DNA from: Auanema rhodensis
Lineage: Eukaryota; Animalia; Nematoda
Length of the DNA: 64,000 bases
Direction of reading: 5' to 3'
Assembly: GCA_964057225.1 (NCBI GenBank)
Contig: OZ059897.1
Span: forward strand, 7,316,001 to 7,380,000
Below the pieces are notes generated by a model, which saw only the letters and a program-made list of their open reading frames with translations, did not search any database and was not told where the DNA came from. Every line of letters begins with the position of its first letter. Within the stretch, counting starts at the first letter, position 1. Of the stretch, positions 1 through 13,400 are shown in pieces. Position numbers and translations under genes: made by a program.

Positions 1-291
1 CAGGTAACATTCAGCAAATACCTTTAACCGAATTAAGACAATTACGAGTGACACAAGTGATTTATTGAAATATAAGATTGTATTTCATAGTTTCAGAAAA
101 TATTGTGGTTAAGAAAATACAATTTAAACATATTACATTGTTCACATTTTAAAATTAAAAAGTGGACTCTTATATATACAGAAGTACTTAAATACAAAAT
201 GGCAAAAGACATATGAAAACCAAGTTATAAAATTTGCAGCTTTAAAAAAACTCTTCAATTTTTTAATAAGAATTGAACAAAACAAAAACTT

Positions 292-364
292 AGCCCCGTA
301 GGGGGCTCGAACCCCTGACCGTTAGATTAAAAGTCTAACGCTCTACCAGCTGAGCTAACGAGGC
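292..364 (-). tRNA. tRNA-Lys(UUU)
   Basis: Reverse complement GCCTCGTTAGCTCAGCTGGTAGAGCGTTAGAC-TTT-TAATCTAACGGTCAGGGGTTCGAGCCCCCTACGGGGCT. It has an acceptor stem GCCTCGT/ACGGGGC, D-arm, anticodon TTT and T-loop GTTCGA, 73 nt, with a downstream T-run on the minus strand. Confidence 0.97.
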
Positions 365-515
365 TACGGACACATCTGATTTTGTTTCATTTGGTAATGT
401 TTTCAAACTGTTGCATCAACAGAAGTTTTGTATCTCTACAGTATTAGAAAGGCACATCGTCAATATGAATTAATACAGATCAACAAGTAAAAATGATTCT
501 ATACCATTACGATAT

Positions 516-532
516 GGGGGGGGGGGGGGGGG
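516..532 (+). repeat. G17 homopolymer (potential G-quadruplex)
   Basis: 17 consecutive G in an otherwise very AT-rich spacer. Confidence 0.9.
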
Positions 533-973
533 AGATAGCTGAAAACATAAGTACTAATAATTAAATAATTATAAGATCAAATATTCTTAATATTAATATA
601 TTTTGCTTATATATATATTTGCACTGATAACATAATGTATTGAAACCACCAATATATTAATTTCACACGATGCCTTGATCGTAAATTATTCGCATATTTC
701 TTAATTTTAAAAAATAATTAATATTTCATCTCAACATTTCTTTAACTACTCTTCGTTATTTTTAATGAAAATCTATTAATACAATTTAATTTGATTTGAT
801 TAATGGTTTTATAATGTACGATTCAATTAAAGAAACTATGGAGTTCAATATAACATTTGAGAGCAAACAAACGAAAGTTACATAGAACAACTGAAACATA
901 CCCGTCTGATATTGTACATAAAGCAATTTTGAAAGAGAAAATATCATAATATGATAGGTTTTTTGCATCAGCT

Positions 974-2674
974 TTAGAACTTTCGATCAAATCGATGTCT
1001 GCGTAATTCTGATGTCCAGGCAGCAAATTCAACAATATTCAGAATATCCGAAACTTCAATGTTATCCGTTGATAGAAATGTAATGTCCTAATGATATATT
1101 ATTGTATTTCATCAAATTTATCAAAATCTTACTGTAATTGCCGATACTAGAAGTGATATTTTAGCTATTCGTACTGCTACTTCTGCTTCACTTCTACCTT
1201 CTGAACAAGCATCTGACAACAGGCCAATATACTTATCACGAGCTTGATTAAGAATATGCAATGAGGTAGCACTCACAAAAGGAACATCTAAAGCTTTATT
1301 ATATAATTATTTCGTCATCATGAACAACTTGTCACTCACAATCAGCAAATATGACAAACACTGAGCCGACCATTATCTCTTCTTCTGTTAAATGCAATTT
1401 TTTTAAAGGACCCGCCAATGTTTCTAGTGATTTTTGGGAAACTCCTCTATAAATTTTATGAATTTTTCATAAAAACTTTAATATTGAAATCCTACGTATT
1501 ATCAGGAAATGCTTGTTCCGACTTTATAGCTGAATGATATGTTCCATTAGCATAGCAGACTCCATTACAATTCGATTTTGCTGTCCAATTAGTTACGAGC
1601 CACCAGTAAAAAGCTGCAAACCGGGATTTCGCAACATTCATCTGAAATATTGGGCACATTTTCTCTTAAAGCTTGATCAGCATTAAGCTCACTCTATCCT
1701 CTTCATCTAAAGCTAAAAATTCGGGCAAATGATTAAGAACATCAGAGAAGAGTACGAAATTTCTGTTAAAATCTCCGAGAACATCTTTGATTGTAGCTGG
1801 TCTTTCACCAGTTGGGTTTAACTAAAGAAAACTGAATTAGCTGCAAAGTTTACTTCATACTATTTACTTTTGTTCTTTGAGATACAATGTGAGGATTATA
1901 GAAAGCGACTTGAAAAGGATAGCTGGCATTTGAAGAATATTCAGCGATATCATCAGTTCGATTGAAAATATCACGAAGCATTTTACTAAACTCCGTCAGA
2001 TTCTAAAAAAATGATATCAACTATAACATTGAAAAAAAATATACGGACAACTAGATTTGACTTATTCTCAACAGAAAGTGATGGTGGACTTTGCACATCG
2101 CTTGTTTGACAATCCATATTTCTTCAAATCAAAATCAAAATTCAACAAAGAATCGTTTTAATACTCGAATATACCTTGTTTGAATCGCTTCTTCGTCTAC
2201 CTCATCGATCAGCAATGATGGAATTGTCACAGAATTAACCAAATCATCATAATTTTCACTTTGCACAGCTCTTGGATTCATTCCAACTCTGAGACAAACT
2301 GTTAAACGACATGCTCTACACGTATTTCTTTGTTCTAAAGGCATGTTCAACACATTATTCCACTAAGAAAGGAAAACAAGAAGAAATATACCTTTCTGTA
2401 TAGGGCAACTCCCACCAAATCTACAAGCATATGTCCTGTTTTTCCAAATGCTTCTGCGGAAAAATCCTTTGCATCCATTACAAGCATTAACTCCATAATG
2501 CTTTCCAAGAGCCTAAATAATATTTTTTCAATAAATAATTGAAACAAAAATACTTACAACATCTCCACAAACAGCACAAAATAGTTGAGCTTTGCGCTTT
2601 CTAGAGTTAGTTATATTTCCTCCTGATTCAATCGGCGAGACGGATGTTGATGGAACAGCATCTCCGCTGCTCAT
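974..2674 (-). CDS. Nuclear hormone receptor, HNF4-type (nematode supplementary NHR), multi-exon
   Basis: ATG at 2674 ([10 protein letters not shown]) follows a tttacag acceptor. The spliced C4 zinc-finger DBD reads [72 protein letters not shown] (P-box CNGCKG). LBD exons follow. The last exon [37 protein letters not shown] ends at TAA 976-974. Confidence 0.93.
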
Positions 2675-3699
2675 AAGAAAAGTCTGTAAATAGACTGTTT
2701 TTGAAGAAAAATTTGGCAGAAGAGAAAAAGAGAATTGAATTACAGTCTGCTTTTCGCGGAAAGTAGAAAACAAAAGCAACAATAGCCTAAAGGTGAGAGG
2801 AACGGCAGAAAAATCAAGGTGCGGGGGGGGGGGTTATCAGTTAAAACGAATGAAAACGAGTTTCGAAAGATATTAAAATAATTTATTATGCAGAAATTAA
2901 AAATATAAATGAAATAATTTGAAAAAAATGAATAAAAAACTATTCAAAGCAAGTGATATTGGTCCAAATGATATCAAATTAGATATGACTATAGTGACGA
3001 AAAATGGTTGCCTAGTTACGAGAAAACGAGAATAAGGAAATAAAGTCAAATCAAAGACTGTTTAGAATAAAAGAATCAAAACGTTTAGAAGCGAAAGTAG
3101 AAAATGGATCAATATTCTCAAATAGAGTGTGAGTCTTATCATCAGCTGATGATCAGTATGGCAATGTCATGAAGAAAAGATGCAAAAGAAAGGAAGTGGA
3201 AAAGGGCAACGTGATCGCAACCAATTCTTGTTTCAATATCACGGAATAGAAAACTAAAAACAAGAAAACGGAAATGTAGAATCAAAAGGTTTGTTCTAAG
3301 TTTCTTAAGAAACAATATCCAAAACCGACGTATATTGGTGCTTATAAGTATTGCATTGACGTAGAAATAACATTGCGTATTAGGATTTATTAAATCTTAT
3401 AAAGCGTGAGAAGAAAAGAAGATGAAGAAATAATCTAGAAAACAATCAATATATAGAAACTAGCTCATGCTATTTGACAAGAAAAAGTAGGCAAAAGATA
3501 GCAATAATGAGAGAGGGAGCAGGAAAACTGAGAAGGAGAAAGAATTCCGAGAGTGGCCCATGTGCTACTTATATTATAATTGAAGACACAGAGAATAACA
3601 GAGAACGAGGCATAACTCAGCTTCTTCAGAAAACAGAGAAGACCAACAAGGAAATGAAAGGAAGAAAAGGAGAGAAAAGGAGACAGAGAGAAGTAAAGG

Positions 3700-3702
<3 letters not shown>

Positions 3703-3756
<54 letters not shown>
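3703..3756 (+). repeat. (AG)n microsatellite
   Basis: Perfect AG dinucleotide run of about 27 units. Confidence 0.95.
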
Positions 3757-3764
<8 letters not shown>

Positions 3765-4861
3765 GGAGAAAAAGAGAGAAAAACTGAGTTACTGATCAAG
3801 AATTACTGAGACGGACTCTTAAAGTACATCTACCTAAACTACTGTTGATCAGCCGTACATGTTCATCATTTTCTAAAGAAAAAAGAGAAGTGGATTCCCG
3901 TCTCCCTTTCATAAGCAATATTCTCCCTTTTTAAATATTCCGTAGTTCAGGCTCATGCAGTTTGTTCGGATAGGTCAAAGAAGAAACATTATGTTTATCA
4001 TAGTTAGTCAAATGTAGTTTCAGCTGCCTCTCCTTCTCTTACTCTCTTCATCTCTCTTTATCTGCTTATGAGAGAGCAATACTCTCTTCAACAATTGAAA
4101 TGAGATTTCGTTAATATGAGAGCCAATACTCATGTAAGCGAATATGTTTCCCGAAGCTGAGAGAAGAAAAGAAAAAGGTGCGCCACTTAGTTTAGACAGA
4201 AGATAGCTGAAAAGAAAATAGAGGGTAAGACCTCCAGCCTTTCAATGATGATGTGAATATTGACCTTTGCTCTATACATCCATACTCGGTTCGCAAGCAC
4301 ACTTTTGCTTCTATTTGACGTCTGTTCAAACGGAAAAGGAAGAGCTACGTATAACACTAGATTTCTATGCCCTACTCCGTATCATTAATCTATGATTCGT
4401 TGTAATATTAACTCAACAACGAACAATTAATTAAGAATCAATTTATTAAAATTAGCTAATGAAAGAAGATGAATAAATTACTCTGAAAATACAAAACCAA
4501 CAAAACCGGCGATGTGAAAAACGAATACACAGAGAAAACCATTTACGAGATCACCTCTTGGTTGCTTCGAAAAAAAAAAGGAAAAAATAAAACTGCGTTA
4601 ATAGAAATTATGACCAAAAGCAAGTGCAAAAACTAACCTAATTACCCGTGATAATTAAACAATGTACAATAACGGATAAAGAGTAAAGCACAATCAGATC
4701 TAAGGTTATGCTAAAGAGGTGTATGGAATTGCACTGTCAAAGCTTATTAAATAATACAAGTTAGAATTTGAGCAGTTAAATATAACCTGAAAGAAAGCCA
4801 ATATGAACGTAAGCTAACACCTAATAACTGTGTTATGAGTCATGAGTCTTGAGTATATCAT

Positions 4862-7800
4862 TTAGATATGGCCACGCATCATCAAGCCTGGCGAATCATC
4901 CTCGTCATCTGTCTCAGTCTCACGACATGGACGTTTTCTTGGAAGAGGAGGTGGTAAAGGAAGATAGGTCTTACGGCCAGGCTGTACGTCGACTGGTGTA
5001 ACCTGCAAAATTGTTAATTAGAAAGATTTTCCTTAAAATGTCACTCACTTCTTGGGGTGGTCCTGCAATATATAGCAGGACTGGCAAGAGAATCAGTCCG
5101 TTGATGATACCAATGACGATCAAAGCAGACATGACAATGAAAAAGTATTTAACGACAAATTCGAACTCAGAGAAGCCGAGCATAAGAATTCCGAGAAGTG
5201 TTGAGAAGGCTCCGTGAATAACTGGAACGAAGACACGGTTGACAGCAGCAGCAGTACGCTCTGGTCGAGTTCCAAGCTGGGTCAAGAAAGCCAAAACGAC
5301 GTGAGCTGTGAATTCAACACCAATTCCTACAGCAGTAATGAGGGTTACAGCTGAAACTGGGTTCATTTTGATTCCAGCCCAGCCTAAGAATCCAGCTAGC
5401 TCAATGGTCATAGCTGAAATAATATGGATTAGATTATAGAAGAGCAAAACAAAAAACATACCAACTAAAATAGCTAAAATGCTTAAAGCAGCCCATGGGT
5501 TGAAGAGAAGTAGAGAGATAACAATGAATACAGCTAAGGCGATCGTAGCAATAGCACGGAGGAGATTGCCATTGAGATGGAGGTACTGCTCCCAGAATGT
5601 GAAAGCGATACCCTGAGGGAAGTTGGGCAAGCCACTAGCAGTGAAATTATCACAAGTCTTTCTGATCTCCTCAATCATAGTAACAATGACAGAAGTATCA
5701 GTTAATCCAGTCAAATAGAAAGGAATTTGAGAGTAGGCGAGTTTCTCTGCTGGTGGAACAAGTCCTGGATTACGTCTTTCCAAAGACCACTTGGGTGGAG
5801 TTGGATAAAAAGATGCTTGACTGACGTAATACCTGTAGAAATGGGGGTAAAAAGATTCTAAAAAATACGCCTTACATCATATTCTCCTGGTTGAACCAAG
5901 CGGTCAAACAGTTGTAAAAACCTTCGTCGTTGATGGTTCCGGTGGAATCGACAAGCTTTACTTTACCAACACGTCCATGACAGTTGTAGTTGTTTCCGTA
6001 ACTACATACCAAACGGAGACCAGTCATGGCATCATCAGAAATATTTCCAATAACGTTTCCATTATGATCAATTCTACAGGAAAATAATGAAAAACTGAAC
6101 AACTAGTTTAGATTACTCACCTTTTGCTCTCTACAGCGCTTTCATAGGTAGTTTGAATACTCCTAAGCCAATCTCTCATCATTTCAAGCCAATATTTCTC
6201 TGTTGGACGATTATTAACCTTAATAACAAAACGAGACGAGGCTGAAAAAAACAACAATATTAGCAGCAACTATCAACTTATCTTACCGATTGTGTTACGA
6301 TAGTCCTCAATCACATGCTGTTGACTAGCATAGTCGATATTAGGTCCTTTAAGCACAGCAAACATGGGATAGAAACTGAAAGCATAATACATGAATAACT
6401 AGGATTGTAAAAAATTTCCAATTACCTGAAGTATTTATCTCTAGCTTGAAGGAACTTGGCTGGAGCTGTATGCTCTGGGAGAACATCAGACAACTCAAGA
6501 CCAATACTAGCTTGATGAATACCAACAAAGGAAATAGCGATCAAGGCACATGTACCGAAGAGGACGAAAGACTAGAATTTTAATTTGTTAATGAAAAAGA
6601 TGAATAAAACACTTACTCTAAACCATCCTCTCTCAATGAGTGGTACATAATATGTCTTGATGAAAGCTTGAAGGTTGAAAGATTGTTCAGGTACCTCCTC
6701 AATCAAATCTTTGTAAGTCATAGGGATATCACGACAAGAGGAAGGTTCTCCGATAGTTCTCTTTTGCTACAACATAAATATTAGGTATATAAGCAATTTA
6801 AGACTCTTACCTGAATTTGAGGCTTAGAAATCATGGAATAATTCTCTTCCCGAGTATCTCCATATAAGCAACACAAAATGTCTCTTCTACCAGCTTTACG
6901 ACGACGAAGATCAATAGAGATGATAGCCTGAACAACAAAACACATAATGGGAAAAGAAAAATAAACCCTACAGGATATACGGTGAGAATAGCAATGAAGT
7001 TGAAAGTCAGCAAAATAGAACTTTGAGCACAGAAAGATCTGAGAGCAGGAATTGGTAACAAAGTTCCTGCAAAAAGTTGTAATATCAGAAACTGCTCCAG
7101 AGAAATTAGAACTTACCGGCAAGGAAAGACAAAATGTTATTGATAGAAGTGCACAACAAGCTCATACCAGTTTCACGGAGAAGAATTCCCATCTCATGAC
7201 GTCCAGTCATCAGAAGGTCATCGTGATAGTTGTGAAGAAGCATGAACATGTTATCAACACCAATACCAAGAGTAAGGAAAGGCACAATCTGGGTTGTTGC
7301 GGCGTTGAACTCAATACCGAACCATGTTGCCAAGCCAAGTCCAGAGACTGATGCAAAGGTAACAGTAAGGACTCCGGCAAGAGCTAATCCCATGCAAGAT
7401 TGGGAAGCTGGAAGACATCCCTCTCTCTTGAATTGAGTCATCATGGCATAAACAAGCTAAACGATAACATTGAAATACAATACAAACTCAAAAAATGCTT
7501 ACCATCAAACCATATCCTACAAAGATAATGGTATAATTGAATTGACAGAATTCTTCCAACATATCAGCAATTGAGGTGGAAGCTAGAGGATGAATAGTTC
7601 TTCTCTCTTGGCCATTAACGTCAAAGTTATCGTGATGCTTGTACATGCGGGAAGTAAAGTTTCTCTGCCAGGCTTGAATAACTTTAGCTGCCAACTCCTC
7701 ATTCCAAACAGCAAGGTTACGAGCGGACTTGAAGCTTTTACGTTGTTCAGCAGTCATGTTAACCTTAATTAACACTATAACAAGATAGATAAATCTTCTA

Positions 7801-10427
7801 GCTTACTCTATCCTTGAAACGAAGGAACACATCATTAGGACTGGCAACAAGGAAAACACTTTGCAAAGCATCAGCGAAGTTCAGATGATTATCTGTGTGA
7901 GATCTCTTGGTACCTCCAAGGATCATATCTTCTGGCCAGCGCAAGACAGATGGAGCAAATCCTGGGCATCCACCAGTCATAGTAGATCCGTAATTAGGGA
8001 ACTTAGGGAATTCATCCTAAAAATGTCATTCATAGACAATGAAATGCAAAATTCAGATACAAACCTCAGTAAGGAAGTTTACCCATTTTCCACGATTTTC
8101 TTGCATCCATTTCATCATTCCAGATCTCATCTTCTTACAAGAATTTGCTGAAGAATATAAATTACAACTCGAAGCGAATATTCAAACATACTTAATTTTG
8201 TGTTATTTTGTTCAGGTGCAACAGTGGTTGTAGTTGTTGTGGTTGGAAGTGCAGCAGGTGTGCCATCAGTATCTCTTTTCTTTCTGGCTCCAAGTAGAGA
8301 AAACAGTGAGTTCAAAAGATCTGGAGCTTCACCACTCTCCTCTTGCTCTTCTTCATATACAACGTGGATTCCATTTTGTTCGGTGTATTCAACAAATCTT
8401 TCCAAGTATGGACAGACATCGTAATAATTTGGTGCAAGCGTTGGACATTCGGGATCGAGAGGATTCATGCAGGGACGATCAAGGTAGCCATGACCGAGAC
8501 CAGCCTAAACAAGAAAATAAGAAACCATATTGAGAACAGAACTACTCACTCGTTCGAAGAAAGAGAAATGAGATCCTAGTGACATAATAGAGTTAATTTC
8601 CGTTACGACAGCAATGGGATCAAAATTAGTCCATTTAATTTTATTAGATTTAGGAAGTGAGTTCAATAATCCACCAATAACTCCGAGATCGCTGGAAAAT
8701 AATTTACAGTTTTCATAGACAAGACCGAAAATGCTCACTTCTTGGTTACAGGGGGGAAAGGACCTAATGCTTTTCCTCCTTCCCAGAAACAATCAATGGG
8801 GGTAATCCAAATGCAAGGAACAATTCTTTCAATTACATGTTCAAATGACTTGGCCATGGGGTCGTCTCCGAGCGGTGCAGCAGGTTTGAAACAGATATCA
8901 TGGAGAGTCCAATTGCTAAGAGGACAAAAAAATAGAATAATGAAACAACAAACATTCATACCTTCCGTGAACTTCAACTTTCATTGTTGCAATCTCTTCC
9001 ATAATTTTTACATGTTTCAGTAATCCGTCTAGTGATAAAGCATTCTGTCCCGGAAATTCTGGTGTTTGGATCACAACCTTCAATGATCAACATGAGAAAA
9101 CAGAAAACAACTGACTAAAGAATACCTGATACCCTCCACCTAGTCCGTTTTCTCGAACAATTTCCACACTTTCAGAATCATTGAATTTAAGATTTTGCTG
9201 CACATTGTTAAGGAAATTAAGTTCTTCGTCTAGTCGTCCACCCTCTTAAAAAAAACATTAAATTTGAAAATCTGAGAAATAGAACTTACGAGCTACCCAC
9301 AGCTTGACTATATCTGTCTCGATACGGACATACTGGAGACCATAACAGCAGATAGAGAACAAAATCAAAATAGTACATATAACTGTGGAAGCATTAGCTT
9401 GTACAAAATTTCCTAAGGAGAAGAGAAGTTTTTGGATAAAACTTCTTGAGTACAAAGCCCATTGGTTTCCAGTGGCTTTTCCCTGAAAAATTTAAATCGT
9501 CAGCATTTTTCTTCACAGGAATTCAAGAAATTTCATGGTTTCATCGATGAACAAATCGCAGATTACTTCAACAAGAATTAAAGACCTACGCGACATTAAC
9601 ACTTTTGGCCTTGAATTCAAACATTAAACTCAATAGCGCACTTTTGTATTTCCGTGTGGTCAGTGGAATGGAAATATAGTAAAAAAGTATTGTTAAAACC
9701 AATATTTTCGTTGAAAATCAACTTGAATACAATTTGAATCATCTTTTTCCCATTAGAAGATAATTTCAACTATAGCTTATATATGAAAAATGCAAATAAG
9801 GTCATTCATGCCACTCTAATAAAGACATTTGCTCTCTCTCATTCTCTCATAGTAATTTCGAAAACGCCATCTGGTGTCAGTAGAGACAACAGAATGAATA
9901 CTAAACAGAGAAAACACAGAAAAATCGCAGAACTACACACGTGTATACATATTGTGCATCAAAACGTAGTCATCGTATGAAAGTTACAGGTAAACAAGGG
10001 GAAATAAACAAAATACTCCAAGTTAAGAAGATAAGAAAACTCACTCTTTTGATTTGTTGCAGACAAAGATCTGCATCACACCAAGACGGCCGTTGCCTAA
10101 ATTCTTTTTTCCACCTGCTATTATATTCATCTGAGCTAGATTTCCAAACAAGGCAACGATCAAGGTACTGAATAACAATACATGAAATTAAAGAAAAAGA
10201 AAAAGAAATTTACATTTAGAAATGAATTCCTATTACCGCTTATCAGCTCATTTGGAATATCGTAATCAGTTTCGGCATCGAAATAATCGTCCTCGTCTGG
10301 CGCTAAACCAGAAACAGTTTCAGTCAATACACACCGAATACTCACCTAGGTTTAGTAAATGTTGAGCAGATCGATTTGAAGGCCCCTGGGAACGCTTTGC
10401 TCCTGGTGGTTCAAGAAGTGTTAGCAT
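4862..10427 (-). CDS. ptc-1: Patched family RND/sterol-sensing-domain protein, multi-exon
   Basis: The N-terminus MLTLLEPPGAKRS...SAQHLLNLG matches my recollection of C. elegans PTC-1. Other motifs: SWCDADLCLQQI, ETDIVKLWV, PCIWITPIDCFWEG, the SSD with FNAATTQIVPFLTLGIGVDNMF, the second RND repeat GIGVEFTAHV, and SEFEFVVKYFF. The last exon ends ...PGLMMRGHI* (TAA 4864-4862). Confidence 0.95.
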
Positions 10428-13400
10428 AGGATATGGAAAGGAAAGTGCCACAGAAGAGCTTGACGCTTCTGTCGACACAAGTCCTGAAAACAACAGAAAC
10501 GTTAAACAGGGAAGCACAAATTAGCCTTAGAATTGTATAAATATAGATTGTACGTTTATATATATAAACCTATATATAAATAGAACATCAAAGAGAAAAG
10601 TAAAATACTGATAAGATAAAATATTTCGAGAAATATGTGAATCATTTAAGCAAAAAAGCAACATGAGTCATTTAAACAGAAGTATAGGCAACTATAGGCA
10701 TAGAGACGAAGAGAGTATTCAAACGTTATTGCTTGCGAGCGGAGAGAGGAAGAGAAAGAGAAGGAGACAGAAGAGAGGGCGAGCGCATGTCGCCCGCGTT
10801 GTCGCCAGCGAATTATGGGATAGAATGACGATCGATACACAGGAGGAAAATGAGGTGAACGGCAGCCAGCCCGCCAGCCCGACGACTGCCGGCCTGCCAC
10901 AGCCATTCCACATAGGAGATACGAATGGAGGCAGAAAACGAGAGACATGGAAAGACAGAGAGAAAAGAGCCATTTCTGAAAAATCGATTCACACAAAAAA
11001 AGAACTTGCCCGTGGCATTCATCGAGCCAACAGCGACATTGCATAGAAGATTAAAAAAGAACATGCAATATAAAAAGTAAGAACAAGTAAGAACAAGTAA
11101 CAAACATCAGAAAAGGAACTGAATAGTTGGACATTATCCAAGCTGAAGTTACACCATATAATAAAGAGCAGGAGAAGATTACAAGTTTTATAGCAACTAA
11201 GGCGTCCGAAAGATATGCTACATAGTTACGATATTGAACGATATATACGCCATTAGCCCAGGTGTGTAGTACATGGTTTTGGCGGATAGTAGATCACAAT
11301 TGATCTATATCAGATCGTGATAACTACATCTTGCATCCAAATATCTATGTTTCTATATGAATGCATATATATTTACAAATAATACGTTGTGAAAGAAATG
11401 AATTATAGCCAAATTAGTGATAGAATGAGGAGAAGAATGAGCACGCGTAATCAGGTGATTTTACCAAACAAGAACAGTTCCCTGAGTTGTGGGTGTATGT
11501 ATCAGATGACAAGAAATCCATTGCGATCATGTGCCATCAAAATACAGCTATACCCTTATCAGAGGTTCGGATTAAAATGAAAAGTACAAACATAAACCTG
11601 TGTGCTTCAATGAAAAGTGATAGAAAAAACCCTGAGGATGGTCTTATTGAGGAACTCTCTAAGTTTGTCATTTCCTACTAAAAGGAGAAACGAATTTGGT
11701 GATTGAGCTCTTAAAAGATCATTGGGACAGATAGTTTCAGCAGTCTGGCCGTGTAGACATTCAAAGCTCCAGCGTACTATGAACATCTGGATAGGGTATC
11801 CAGAGGTTGTACGCACCCAGAATACAAACGTGTCCCAGGCATATGGGATTGAAAAAAAGCATAGAGGAAGAAAGATATTACATATAGTTAAAAGAACCAA
11901 GCAGTAAACGGAGTTATCATATTGAAAACGATAGATGATACAGATTAAACAGCGCAACTTCATGGATGGAATAGAATAAACAAAATCGGATGACGTCAGT
12001 ATTTGAAATATACCTCGTGAACGGTTGACATGAGGGACTAGGTAGTGAATGAGTTGACATGATAGTTGGCGAAAGCAAAGGGAAGAATACTCTTTGGCGT
12101 CGGTGGCAATGCCATCGCAATTTTAATCGCTTTGAAGCACTTTATGGGCAACAATCAAGTGAGTGCTCATGTGAGAAGGGCTCAATTTCTCAACAGGCTG
12201 AAGCCGATGTTGCAACGACACAGAAACCCGTCTTTGTCGTTCAGTCAGAACACAAAATCGCCGCAACTGAAGCAATCAGCTCATTTGCATAGTAAGAGGA
12301 GTAGATAAACAAAAAATTAGAACTCTTTTCCCAAAAAGTGCAAAGTGTAAGAAAAATGCTCAGCTACCACTTTATTCAAGGTAAAATAAGGCTTATTTTA
12401 GTCAACACCAGTACTACTGCCAACAGCTCGCTGTACTGGCTGGCTTAACAGACAACCAGACAGAAAACACGATGAAGGCACTCGCCAAAAACAGCTAGAG
12501 TGGCAGGGAACCCGATCGTTTGTGGCCTAATATTTGTCAAAAAGCAGTCAGAATATATTAGTGGTTAAGCCATCTTCGAAAAAGAACAAAAATGATTCAA
12601 TAGTTAGTTGAAAATAGTGGTTATTGCTTGTGAAAGGATATCTGAGCTCTACAAAGAAGTTAAGATAAGTAATAGGGTAACTGCTCGCAAATCTCAAAAA
12701 CAAAATGAAACAGGCGTGAGAGACACATACACACACATACACATCACAAAAACGTTGTGACGGCATATGTTGCTTGGAACTGAAGAACGGCCACACATCA
12801 TTTTCAAGCTGAGTTCATCGCTCAAAAAAATAGATTTTAGCGACAATCGGAGGAATGCAGGCTAAAGACAGCTGTGTCTTAAGGAATCGGTGAGAAAGAG
12901 GAAAAAGAGAAAGAATTGGGTGCATTACATCGCCAGCCTTTCAAGCACTGGAAAAAATGACGAACAAGAGCATAAAGAAAGATAAAATATCACAAAAATG
13001 AGAAGTAGTGACAGTGAAAATGATGAAAGAGACCAGAAGGAGAGAGGGAAAATAGCGATACACAGCAGCATTGTTTAGTGACAGCTTTTCATCATTGTGG
13101 TACGCAATCACGTAATCTTTTCAGTCTTTTAAAGTGCAAATATCAAAATGGATGTAAATTAATAGAGAAGTTCGGTAGTATGAGATACTAAAAGCAAGAT
13201 AATTGAACAAACAAGATAAGGTTGGAGAATTACAAAAAACAGCGTCCTTTAAAGCAATCACTAATGATAGAGCACGTGGCGCCAATTCAAATATGTGCTG
13301 CTGAAATTTAAATATTTTTTTTCAGAAGAGCAGACTTTCTGCAGATTGTGACGACGATTTGGCATTTTAAAGTTTTTCGTTTAAAAATAAGATGATGTAA

